Shown: piece after piece, positions 17,537 to 26,717 of the stretch | How positions within the stretch are numbered: the first letter of the stretch is position 1 | Layout: each line of letters begins with the position of its first letter | NCBI GenBank assembly: GCA_048886185.1 | Contig: JBHLKY010000033.1 | Span: 1 to 32,000 of the forward strand | Direction of reading: 5' to 3' | DNA length: 32,000 nucleotides | Source of the DNA: Candidatus Hermodarchaeota archaeon | GTDB lineage: Archaea; Asgardarchaeota; Heimdallarchaeia; Hodarchaeales; Hodarchaeaceae | Position numbers and translations under genes: made by a program | Notes under the pieces: generated by a model | Databases searched by the model: none | The model's input: only the letters and a program-made list of their open reading frames with translations | Told to the model about the DNA's origin: nothing

Positions 17537-17992
17537 ATGATAAAGGCTTGGATTTTTCTCGTGGTATCGGTGTTTGATGATTCACATCTATATTTAAATA
17601 GTTCTATCAGGACATATGTCAATGCTAAATCGACATTAGATAAACTTTTTGCATTAAAGCTGATTGTTCTGAGTATGATTGTAGCAACAGACAAATTGAT
17701 TGAAAAGCTTGGAAAAGTAAATGATACACCATTTTATAGTCATCTTGAGGAATCTAGCCTTTTTCTCCCTATGGCAGCTTACGAACAACGAGTGATTGAA
17801 TTAAGTTTGTTGGAAGAAAATAATTTGATCCCTTCTCAATATGAGTTTTCTCGTAGACTAAGAAGAGCTTTAGATACTCTAAAGGTAATTCACGGTCAAT
17901 ATAGCTTACGAACTTTATTAGCAACCAATGTCAAAGAATTCATAAATGAAACTCAATTTTTCATTTTAGACGTTCAATCAGTAATAGAATAA
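17537..17992 (+). CDS. Hypothetical protein, predicted helical
   Basis: 151-aa ORF filling the gap between yjbQ and the convergent regulator. No family recognised, and the start is uncertain. Confidence 0.6.
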   Translation: MIKAWIFLVVSVFDDSHLYLNSSIRTYVNAKSTLDKLFALKLIVLSMIVATDKLIEKLGKVNDTPFYSHLEESSLFLPMAAYEQRVIELSLLEENNLIPSQYEFSRRLRRALDTLKVIHGQYSLRTLLATNVKEFINETQFFILDVQSVIE

Positions 17993-18288
17993 TGATGAAA
18001 GAGATCTACAAACGAAAGAGAGCCTAATGAAATGGGGTCATTTTACTCCAGAAGAAGATAATTGGTAATCTGTTAACCCCTAGAATCTTATAATTATTCA
18101 CATTTTTCAAAAAAAGGAAATTTACTCTACTTTTATGCTTTTCCTCGCTCTGATGACGATTCATTCCAAATTGGAGGAAGAGTCATAGAAAAAAAAATTG
18201 ATTAATATCTCTAATCAAAATAGCAAAATCAGTGACGAAAAACACTTAATCGAATTTTTTGGAAGCGTGTATTCAACCAAATTTGCTG

Positions 18289-18684
18289 TTATTTCACCTT
18301 GCAGATGTCACAATCTTCGTGAACCAGACCATATTTTCTATGAAATTCACAAAGAAATCCCCCTTCATGAATATATTTTAATATGCGTTGGACTTCACGT
18401 GGAGCAGTACTTCTTTCCTCTGCTATGTTTCGGGCAGCTTTTTGAATTTTTTTTATAATATCGTCACTTAATTCAATATCTCCACGTGCCCCTTTCTTGT
18501 ACTGACTGATAGCTGGTTCTGTGAGTCCGAATTTCTTCGCAATCTCCTTTTGTGGAAGGTTATGTTCTTCAATAAGAGATTTAGTTATTTCACGACGAAT
18601 AGCGGGAAGTATATACCAAACCATGACTTCTTGAGGTTGAACAAGTTTTTTAAACCGCTTCTTTTTCTGAGTACTCATGTTCAT
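18289..18684 (-). CDS. Archaeal HTH transcriptional regulator (COG2522-like) with a C-terminal Cys/His metal motif
   Basis: PQEVMVWYILPAIRREIT, HTH QKEIAKKFGLTEPAISQY, and CEFH...DCDIC. Confidence 0.88.
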   Translation of the reverse strand: MNMSTQKKKRFKKLVQPQEVMVWYILPAIRREITKSLIEEHNLPQKEIAKKFGLTEPAISQYKKGARGDIELSDDIIKKIQKAARNIAEERSTAPREVQRILKYIHEGGFLCEFHRKYGLVHEDCDICKVK

Positions 18685-18858
18685 CAGGTTTTTTCAAGAG
18701 ATATACTCTTTACCTTTCTCCTGTTTTCTTGTCTTAACAATAGTATAGGGATTTAAAAACATAGTTCCTCGAGAAAATAAATACTACTGTTAAGCTAACC
18801 GATATTTTCTAAAAGTAAAATTAATTTAGATGGTTCATGCTGTTCTTGAGGTGTAGAA

Positions 18859-20187
18859 GTGCTGGAGTCTGATATAACAAGTTCAATGCAACGCTTTCAC
18901 AAGTGTGTATTGTTACTCCCACTTCCTTTAAATGAACGTCAAAATTTCTTAAACGAGGAGATGAGGCATTTATTAGCGTCCGCTCGTTATCATGTCATTA
19001 GAGAATACGAGATAATTTCAAATAACCCCAAATACCTATTTTCTCTTCATCATCTGTATGAAATTAAAACAAAAATTAGAAATGAGCTTAATTCAGATCT
19101 AATTGTTGCTGGTTCCCATTTATCACCAAAGACTCATATCAACTTGGAAAAACTCTTTGAATGCCAGGTTACTGATAAATTTGAGCTTGTTTTAGAGATA
19201 TTTGCGGAGAGGGCTATGACTGAGGAATCAAAACTCCAGATTGAGCTCGCACGATTGAAATATGAGCACCCACGAGAACGGTTACGTTTAATGCATAGCT
19301 TAGGGATTGAGGGTGCATGGCATTCGTGGCGACGTGGATTTGGGGGGACTGGTGAGAACCCTCTGAATGAATTTGAAGCAAGAATGACCAAGATTGAGTC
19401 CCGGATTAAGGAAAGACTCTCTACATTGAGTAAACAGCGTGAAAAGCGACGTTGGTCTCGTAAAAGATATCATCATGACAGCCTGTATGTAAGTATTGTT
19501 GGGTACACTTCTGCTGGTAAATCTACAATTCTAAATGCCATAACTCAAACTTTTTCTTCCCCAGAAAGTTCACGTTTATTCGAGACATTAGATACTCGAA
19601 TCCGTAGTTTCAAACTTGAGGATCTAAAGGTCTTTATTACCGATACTGTAGGATTCATTGAAGATCTCCCCACATTCTTAATTGACTCATTTAAATCAAC
19701 TTTAGAGGAGAGTTTGGCTGCCGACATTCTGTTAATTGTTGTTGATGGGAGTGAATCAACTAGGCAAATGCTTCGAAAAACTCAGGTTTCGATCCAGACA
19801 GTTAATGAGATCAATCCCCAGAATTATCGTATTCTTACACTTAATAAAATTGATCTCGTAGATGATAAGATGCATGAGAAGCGGCTTAAACTTTTAAAAA
19901 GCCATTTTCCTGAATTGCCAATAGTTTCTATTTCTGCTATTCAGAACATAGATCCTTTAATCGCAGAGATTGACAAATTTCAACCTAAAAAACGATATCG
20001 GTGTTCTTATTCACCTAATCATCAATTTCGCTCTTTCTGTCATGATTTTACCTTTGTTGAGCATGAAACTTTTAAAAACAATGATTGGGAAATGGTTATT
20101 AGCCTACGGAAACCAAAATATGGACTGGAAGTTCTCAAACATAGGGCGGCTGCCCTAGGTGTCAAAATCGAAATGGAGTCAATTTAA
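18859..20187 (+). CDS. hflX: Ribosome-splitting GTPase HflX
   Basis: LVLEIFAERA..ESKLQIELARLKY, G1 GYTSAGKST, G2 FETLDT, G3 DTVGFI, G4 NKID and G5 ISA. Confidence 0.95.
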   Translation: MLESDITSSMQRFHKCVLLLPLPLNERQNFLNEEMRHLLASARYHVIREYEIISNNPKYLFSLHHLYEIKTKIRNELNSDLIVAGSHLSPKTHINLEKLFECQVTDKFELVLEIFAERAMTEESKLQIELARLKYEHPRERLRLMHSLGIEGAWHSWRRGFGGTGENPLNEFEARMTKIESRIKERLSTLSKQREKRRWSRKRYHHDSLYVSIVGYTSAGKSTILNAITQTFSSPESSRLFETLDTRIRSFKLEDLKVFITDTVGFIEDLPTFLIDSFKSTLEESLAADILLIVVDGSESTRQMLRKTQVSIQTVNEINPQNYRILTLNKIDLVDDKMHEKRLKLLKSHFPELPIVSISAIQNIDPLIAEIDKFQPKKRYRCSYSPNHQFRSFCHDFTFVEHETFKNNDWEMVISLRKPKYGLEVLKHRAAALGVKIEMESI

Positions 20188-21352
20188 ACTGAAATATCAC
20201 TCAAAGAGAGTCACTTGGAGTATTGTGATGTCTCTCTTGATATTTGGATTCTTAGCACCTGTTAAGTCTTTATCAGTTCTTGATCCAGATATTCAATGGA
20301 ATCTCATTGATGTAGGAGTCGAAGAGGCTTGGAGTTATACACAAGGGAATCCCAATATTGTTGTAGCGGTGATTGATAGTGGGATTGATAATTCTCACCC
20401 AGACTTGGTAAATCAAACGTGGAAAAATCAAGGCGAAATACCTGATAATGGATTAGATGATGACGGGAATGGCTATATTGATGACATTATCGGTTGGGAT
20501 TTTCGTGATAATGATAATGATCCATCCCCTGGGCATTCTCATGGAACTTTTGTTGCTGGTTTAATTGCTGCAGATGATGATAATGATATAATTGTTGGAA
20601 TCGCTCCAAATATTCGATTGATGGCTTTAAGATTTCTTGATGATCAAAATCAATTCGGAGGAAACGATTGGGATATGTTTATAGAAGCCATAGAGTATGC
20701 AGTAAATAATGGGGCGAATATAATTCACTTATCTATATCTGCGTATGAAATTCCTCCAAAATCATTTCATACGGCCATAAAAAGTGCTTATAATAGTGGA
20801 GTGATAGTTGTTAGTGTCACTGGAAATAATCAAGATGAAGTTACATACCCTGGTAAGTATCCAGAAGTTATCGCTGTCTCTGCTACCACTAAAGATCGTA
20901 ACATCGCTTTCTTTTCGTCTGCTGGAGATCAAAATGAAATTTGTGCTCCAGGAGAGAATATTTCCTCCATTTTCCCTGGTATTTCAACCACTCGAATTGG
21001 ATCAGGAACATCTTTTGCTGCCCCCTTAGTCTCTGGAGCAATTTCATTAATATTATCTCTAAATAAAAGCTTATCAATTGAGATGGTTCGATCTATACTT
21101 CATGAGACAAGTACTGATCTTGGAGATCAAGGAAAAGACCCAATATTTGGATATGGATTGCTTAACGTCTCTGCAGCACTTGAAAAAGTTGTAAATGAAC
21201 ATAATAATGGATCAATACCTTGTATTTCTAGTGAAACAGATATTCTTTCATCCATGACATCGACATCTTCAGTAAATAAAGCTGGTTTATCATTTATTAG
21301 CTCTTTTGGGATTCTTACTCTCATATTTCTTTTTGGTAAGAAAAAACGGTAA
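20159..21352 (+). CDS. Secreted S8 subtilisin-like serine protease with a C-terminal membrane anchor
   Basis: Catalytic triad VAVIDSG / HGTFVAG / GTSFAAP, an N-terminal hydrophobic signal, and a Ser/Thr linker plus TM helix plus KKKR tail. An alternative start is ATG 20228 behind GGAG. Confidence 0.93.
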   Translation: MSKSKWSQFKLKYHSKRVTWSIVMSLLIFGFLAPVKSLSVLDPDIQWNLIDVGVEEAWSYTQGNPNIVVAVIDSGIDNSHPDLVNQTWKNQGEIPDNGLDDDGNGYIDDIIGWDFRDNDNDPSPGHSHGTFVAGLIAADDDNDIIVGIAPNIRLMALRFLDDQNQFGGNDWDMFIEAIEYAVNNGANIIHLSISAYEIPPKSFHTAIKSAYNSGVIVVSVTGNNQDEVTYPGKYPEVIAVSATTKDRNIAFFSSAGDQNEICAPGENISSIFPGISTTRIGSGTSFAAPLVSGAISLILSLNKSLSIEMVRSILHETSTDLGDQGKDPIFGYGLLNVSAALEKVVNEHNNGSIPCISSETDILSSMTSTSSVNKAGLSFISSFGILTLIFLFGKKKR

Positions 21353-21375
21353 TATTCAATAATACTCTCAAAATC

Positions 21376-23535
21376 CTATTTTAACGGATTCTGTGCTCGA
21401 TCTCTCCTTTGAAGAATTTTAAAAGTTTTTCCAAGAAGCACATAGATATTGCTAAGGATTTTTTTCTCAACTTTTTTTGAAAAATGAAATCCTTGAAGAA
21501 TTGCTAGGTCAAGTGCTTTTCTTTGAGGTAATTTTAATTGTTCAGGAATCATGGGAAGTTGTATCCTTCGTAGGATGTCAAATTCTCTTATTATCTGATT
21601 TTTCTGTGAAGAAAGAATTTTTGAAACATCTAAGAATAATGGTTCCTTTAAGTAATCAATAATTTGAAGTCTTCCAAAAGATCCTCCAATTTCACGGCGA
21701 CTTAACAAAAAGAGAACGATAAAGAATGAGGAATTAAGCCATGCAGCAAGTAATTTAGCATACTCTACATCATCACTTCGAAGTACATAAAAATTCTTTG
21801 AACAAATATGTTTTGTTTCAAGAAAGTGTCCCATAACACCTGTTGAAGAGATACTGAATTTATCAATGAAGAAAAGATGGCCCCAGGGTTTTTTAATTTT
21901 GATTTGCTTGTGTATATGAGAGATCCATTCAGAACCAAATTTACTTTTTGCTGGGGAAGCATAATGTTCTGTAAGTGCTGTATAGTCTTCTATCCATTTT
22001 TGAAATTTTAACTCTGAATTGGGGATTGATAGTGCAAAATCTTCTACTTGTGGCGATATAAATTGGGTATATTTACCTGGTTTTCTTAAAGATCGGATTA
22101 TGTATCTTTTTGGAATTTTGAGGGTGTTTTCCTCACATTTAATTATCACTTCTTCTTCAGTTTCCGAAATACTTGCCCATTTTCGATTGGGAACGAAAAA
22201 AAAGTTTGGACCATACATTTCAATCCCTCGCACAATATCCAAATGCAATTTCTTCCCACTTTTAATGAGGCCTGATCGGAGGAGTGTTTTGCGGAAATTT
22301 AAAAGTTCTGGATCCTTTAAAAAAATTGTCCAATTCCATTCTTTTGCCAATTCTTCTCGTGGAACCAAATGGGTTGAGAAAGGTTGCTCCAATGATCTCT
22401 TCGTGTCTAAAAAGCGGATAAATTGAATTTCAGTATTTTTTTCTGGCGTTTTATTTTTAGCTATAAGCATAATCTCACGGAAACTACTATCTTCGGAATA
22501 AGCTTTTTTATCCTCAGGTGATGTTATGGCTTTTAATTGGTAATTTTTTAAAAGTAGTTCCTGTACACCACTAGAATACTGAGAAAGGATAGTTGCAGCT
22601 GGTAGTATTGCTCCCACTACCCCATCCTCCTTAACCAACATATCCGCTAGCAGGAACGCATAAATATGAAGGCCTACTTGGCCCCTTAAATATTGTTTAT
22701 AGTATTGTTCTATTTTGGATAGATTTTTCCTTTGATTATTGTCTATACGGTGTATACGTGTGAAAGGAGGATTCATTAACACCAAATCATATTTATTTAT
22801 GACATTTTGCTCTGTTTCAAGACTAGAAGAAAATGTCGCAAAAGCATCCCCGATTGATGCTTGAACTAACCGAAAATCTTGCTTGCATTCTGACAATTTC
22901 AGAATGATTCGACAATAAGCAATGAGAACTGCCGAAGGCATTAGATCATGAATTCTGATCGATGGAAATTGGTCTTTTGAACTCAAATTCTCCAAATAAG
23001 CTGAAATAAGCCTTCCTGAACCACAAAATGGATCAATTATCGTTTTGAAAGAGCCAGTATTGATCAATTCTATAAGGAGTTGTGCTGAATTGAAGGTTGT
23101 ATAGTTCGCAGCTAATGTTTTTCGATCCTCAAAGTCTAAGGACTGTTGTAGTAATGTTCCCAATGTATCATTGTCTAATAAATCCTGTATATCTGGGATT
23201 TCTATTGATAAAAGTGAATTAAGGCAATCTTTCTCATTAATAGCAGTAAAAATCTTATGGATGAATTCCCAGAGACAATTTGATTTAGGAATATCCTTTT
23301 TTAATTTTTCTATGATTTCAAAAGCCGTATTAGCCGATTTAATTATCAACTTATTGTTAAAAAAATGGAGTAACCAATATCCAGCTAAATAAGAGAGTAT
23401 AAATTCATCTTCACTATGGATGAAAGCGGGTAGTTTGGCAAAATTAAAATTAGCTTTACATTCTTCTATCCACTTGTTAATTTCAATAATATTAATATCT
23501 CTTGGGTTGAATTCTCTTTTAGTAACAGGGGGCAT
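21376..23535 (-). CDS. Gamma-class N6-adenine DNA methyltransferase with a C-terminal target-recognition domain
   Basis: IIDPFCGSGRL, LMNPPFTR, and a TRD-type tail LLAAWLNSS...REIGGSFGRLQI. The N-terminal region shows no PD-(D/E)xK motif that I can see. Confidence 0.87.
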   Translation of the reverse strand: MPPVTKREFNPRDINIIEINKWIEECKANFNFAKLPAFIHSEDEFILSYLAGYWLLHFFNNKLIIKSANTAFEIIEKLKKDIPKSNCLWEFIHKIFTAINEKDCLNSLLSIEIPDIQDLLDNDTLGTLLQQSLDFEDRKTLAANYTTFNSAQLLIELINTGSFKTIIDPFCGSGRLISAYLENLSSKDQFPSIRIHDLMPSAVLIAYCRIILKLSECKQDFRLVQASIGDAFATFSSSLETEQNVINKYDLVLMNPPFTRIHRIDNNQRKNLSKIEQYYKQYLRGQVGLHIYAFLLADMLVKEDGVVGAILPAATILSQYSSGVQELLLKNYQLKAITSPEDKKAYSEDSSFREIMLIAKNKTPEKNTEIQFIRFLDTKRSLEQPFSTHLVPREELAKEWNWTIFLKDPELLNFRKTLLRSGLIKSGKKLHLDIVRGIEMYGPNFFFVPNRKWASISETEEEVIIKCEENTLKIPKRYIIRSLRKPGKYTQFISPQVEDFALSIPNSELKFQKWIEDYTALTEHYASPAKSKFGSEWISHIHKQIKIKKPWGHLFFIDKFSISSTGVMGHFLETKHICSKNFYVLRSDDVEYAKLLAAWLNSSFFIVLFLLSRREIGGSFGRLQIIDYLKEPLFLDVSKILSSQKNQIIREFDILRRIQLPMIPEQLKLPQRKALDLAILQGFHFSKKVEKKILSNIYVLLGKTFKILQRRDRAQNPLK

Positions 23536-23573
23536 CCCAAAATATCCTTTAAATGCTGTTATTCATTTTATAC

Positions 23574-25364
23574 CTAATCTCCACGCTCAAGTAACCTAGA
23601 TATTAACTCATTAATTTTTGAAATCTTCGTATTATCCTGGCATTTGTTGATTTGCATATATTTAACTTGTACTTTTATTTCATTGTGAATTTTTCGTTCA
23701 TTTGATGAATTCCAATTGATGAGTCGAAATGGGATGTTCTTTAGTGGTTCCTCAGAAAATTCTGCAACACCACCGCGAACAAGGCCTTTATTTTTGACCC
23801 AATCAAAAACTTCTTTACTATTTAGGAAGGCTGTGATATATTCAGGTGATTCTTTCACCCAATTTAATCTTACTAAAACAGTCACATCTTGAGTTGTAAA
23901 GATTCCTTGTTTACAAAGAGCAAATCGTAAAAATCCTCTTTTATCAAACCGATCTTTACAGGGAACACAAATGATTGATTTAGCGTCTCGCATAAGATTG
24001 TAATTTCTTATAAATACCCATTCCCAATATGGAATTTTTCTATTATATTGATAACGTTTTTCTAATGCTTCCTGAAGAGGTTTAATTTGATTATACAAAG
24101 TTGGGTAGTCTGATCTAAGTATTTCTTCAGAAAGAATGTCTCCAGGTTTGACAAGGAAGTACTCTGTTAAGAACTCAGCATAATATCTTTGTATTGCTTT
24201 TGCTTTTACGACTTGAATTAAAAGCTTTTTTTCTTTCTTTGTTACTGAAGTTTTTAACTTTAGACGAAAGGCTTTATCTAGTCCACTAACCATCCCATTT
24301 CCTATCTCTACAATATCACCAATCCTAACAAAACGTGATGAGGAGTGTGAAGAGGTTTTTGGAGAATTGTACAAGTATTTGGTTAGTTGTGTGATATGAG
24401 GGACTTTGAAATATGTTTTATTATTCCATTTCACTTTTTGGTAAGATTTTATTGGATATCCCAACGATATGAGATCATCAACAGAATATAAAGAAGATAG
24501 TCGAGTTTTATAACCATTTATTAAAATATCAGGAGAAAAATGGCAGGCTTGTTCAAAGACTGCAAGCTTCTGTTCGATATCAATAGGAAGAAAATGCCAA
24601 GGTAATGAATTCAAAGGCTGATGAGTTTCAAAATATTCCAAATTTCCATCTCTTTTAGAATTTGGTTTCCATAATGAAGAATCAAAAAGAAGTCTACGGA
24701 CACGATCGAGAACCTTCGACTGTAGCTTTCCTTTTTGCCAGTAATTAATAACTTTTAATCCATGATCATGATTACCCTTACGATATTTGAAAATAACAAG
24801 ATTGAGATTGACTTTTGGGAATATTCGGGCTTCATGAAAATTGATTACAACTTCTAGTGAACCATTGTCTAATAAAAACCGTCTTAACGGTTCCGCATGA
24901 AGTGTTTGCATCCAGAATAGAGGTGTAATGAATATTAATTCTCCATCAGTTTCAAGGTGGTCAATACTTTTGAAGATAAACGGTTGTAATATATCTGTTA
25001 ATCCATTCATACGTTTTTGCCAAAATGAGGTTGAGCTGAAATATTGCCTCTGTTTTAGAGAAAGATTTTTCCATCGAATATATGGTGGATTACCTATTAC
25101 AACACTGAATTTATTTGAAATCGGATAATCAAAAAAATTCCCTACATTTATCCGAAAAGGGGATTGATTTACGAGAGAAGGATCAATTTCTATTCCAGTA
25201 AGATTTTGATACCCCATTTGGGATAAAAGCTTAAGAAATACTCCTTTTCCAGCACTAGGCTCAAGTATTTTTTTCCTCTTCGAATTAATGGAAATTAAAT
25301 TAATCATTAATTGTGCAATCTTAATTGGAGTAAAATATTGCCCCATCGATTTCTCTTTTAACAC
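23574..25364 (-). CDS. Gamma-class (TaqI/Eco57I-like) N6-adenine DNA methyltransferase
   Basis: MGQYFTP, ILEPSAGKGVF, IGNPPYIRW, GELIFITP and a TaqI_C-like tail YITAFLNSK..RGGVAEF...LKNIP. Confidence 0.9.
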   Translation of the reverse strand: MLKEKSMGQYFTPIKIAQLMINLISINSKRKKILEPSAGKGVFLKLLSQMGYQNLTGIEIDPSLVNQSPFRINVGNFFDYPISNKFSVVIGNPPYIRWKNLSLKQRQYFSSTSFWQKRMNGLTDILQPFIFKSIDHLETDGELIFITPLFWMQTLHAEPLRRFLLDNGSLEVVINFHEARIFPKVNLNLVIFKYRKGNHDHGLKVINYWQKGKLQSKVLDRVRRLLFDSSLWKPNSKRDGNLEYFETHQPLNSLPWHFLPIDIEQKLAVFEQACHFSPDILINGYKTRLSSLYSVDDLISLGYPIKSYQKVKWNNKTYFKVPHITQLTKYLYNSPKTSSHSSSRFVRIGDIVEIGNGMVSGLDKAFRLKLKTSVTKKEKKLLIQVVKAKAIQRYYAEFLTEYFLVKPGDILSEEILRSDYPTLYNQIKPLQEALEKRYQYNRKIPYWEWVFIRNYNLMRDAKSIICVPCKDRFDKRGFLRFALCKQGIFTTQDVTVLVRLNWVKESPEYITAFLNSKEVFDWVKNKGLVRGGVAEFSEEPLKNIPFRLINWNSSNERKIHNEIKVQVKYMQINKCQDNTKISKINELISRLLERGD

Positions 25365-25388
25365 TGAATTACCTCAGAGCATTAGCAT

Positions 25389-26561
25389 TTATCTTCTGCC
25401 CTTATACTTCACTGTTGTTATCAAGTCTCTTAGTTCAAGTAAATCTGAGTTTTCTGGTACAATCTTCTTCTTTGTTCCCTCTGAAAGAGGAACCGTTTCG
25501 ATATTTTCTCCACGAAGACAGACCATCAGTCCATAACGATCTTCTTGTACTAGTTTTGTTGCATGGGCGCCTAATCGTAAACCAAGAATTCGATCGAAAG
25601 AATTTGGTGTGCCAGCCCTCATAGTGTGACCAAGAACAATATCACGAACCTCAAATTCTGCATTTGACTTCTTGAAATATTCTTTTAAATCATTTCTGAG
25701 ATTTAATTCTTTAACAATTATATTAGACATGTTTAATTTTGATAATAATGGATTACCAAAGTCATCTTTAGGGAGTTTATTCAGGGTGTCTTGAGATATT
25801 GTTTTGAAGTCTTTTCGTAACGATTCTGTTGTAGGCACAGCTCCTTCACTACAAGCAATTATGTGATATTTGCATCCTGCCCTTACCCTTTCACGCAATA
25901 CCTTTATAACATCTTTCTCCAGATCAAATGGTTTTTCTGGGATTAAAATGATATCTGCTCCTGTAGAAATCCCACTAACCAGCGTCAACCAACCTGCATC
26001 TCGACCCATTACCTCTACTACAAAAATTCTCTGATGAGATCGTGCGGTGGTTGTAATATTATCCATAGTGTTTGAGGCTAGCTGTATCGCAGACCAAAAT
26101 CCAAAAGTATAATCTGTACTAGAAAGATCGTTATCTATTGTCTTCGGAACACCTATTACGTTTGCTCCCGCATATTGATGCATTGCTGCTGCAACACCAA
26201 GCGTATCATCTCCACCAATTGCTATTAAGGCATCAATTTCTAATGTTTTAAATTGAGCGGCCATCATTTTAGCAATTTCTTCAATCCTCTTCTGCTTTTC
26301 AGTGAAATCTTTCAATTTCAATGCATCTTTATACGGATTTGTTCGTGATGTATAGAGTATGGTGCCTCCAATAGTATGCAAGTCATCTAATTTCGATATA
26401 TCTAATCTTCTGGTTATATTTTCTAGAAATCCCTTCCATCCCTTTTCGATGCCAATTACATCAAATCCAGCATCCATTGCTTTTAGAAGAACCCCGTATA
26501 ACACACTGTTTAGGCCAGGGCAATCTCCACCTCCCGTCAATACACCAATGGTTTTTATCAT
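25389..26561 (-). CDS. pfkA: 6-phosphofructokinase, PfkA superfamily group III, possibly PPi-dependent
   Basis: GVLTGGGDCPGLN, GGTILYTSRTNP, IGGDDTLG, VPKTIDND, VEVMGRDAGW and LGHTMRAG. A GGTGG ribosome-binding site lies upstream. Confidence 0.93.
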   Translation of the reverse strand: MIKTIGVLTGGGDCPGLNSVLYGVLLKAMDAGFDVIGIEKGWKGFLENITRRLDISKLDDLHTIGGTILYTSRTNPYKDALKLKDFTEKQKRIEEIAKMMAAQFKTLEIDALIAIGGDDTLGVAAAMHQYAGANVIGVPKTIDNDLSSTDYTFGFWSAIQLASNTMDNITTTARSHQRIFVVEVMGRDAGWLTLVSGISTGADIILIPEKPFDLEKDVIKVLRERVRAGCKYHIIACSEGAVPTTESLRKDFKTISQDTLNKLPKDDFGNPLLSKLNMSNIIVKELNLRNDLKEYFKKSNAEFEVRDIVLGHTMRAGTPNSFDRILGLRLGAHATKLVQEDRYGLMVCLRGENIETVPLSEGTKKKIVPENSDLLELRDLITTVKYKGRR

Positions 26562-26717
26562 TTCACTTAGCCACCTTCAATGGTTTTATACTTCAATTTA
26601 AAGGAATTCGTGATTTCCTCCCAGTATAAATATATAAGGGAATTGTTCACCTTTGGTATGAGATATTGGCCTGAGGATGGTCATATTCCCTTCTATACCG
26701 AAGAAAATTATGGATAA

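Noticed and set aside
17991-18190. ATGATGA and CTGATGA motifs and a weak TTCCTC/GAGGAA hairpin between convergent genes
   Set aside because: There is no complete C/D architecture, and the signal is compatible with terminator or random sequence.
21376-23535. Type IIG fused nuclease-methyltransferase
   Set aside because: The N-terminal region is short and shows no PD-(D/E)xK motif that I can identify.
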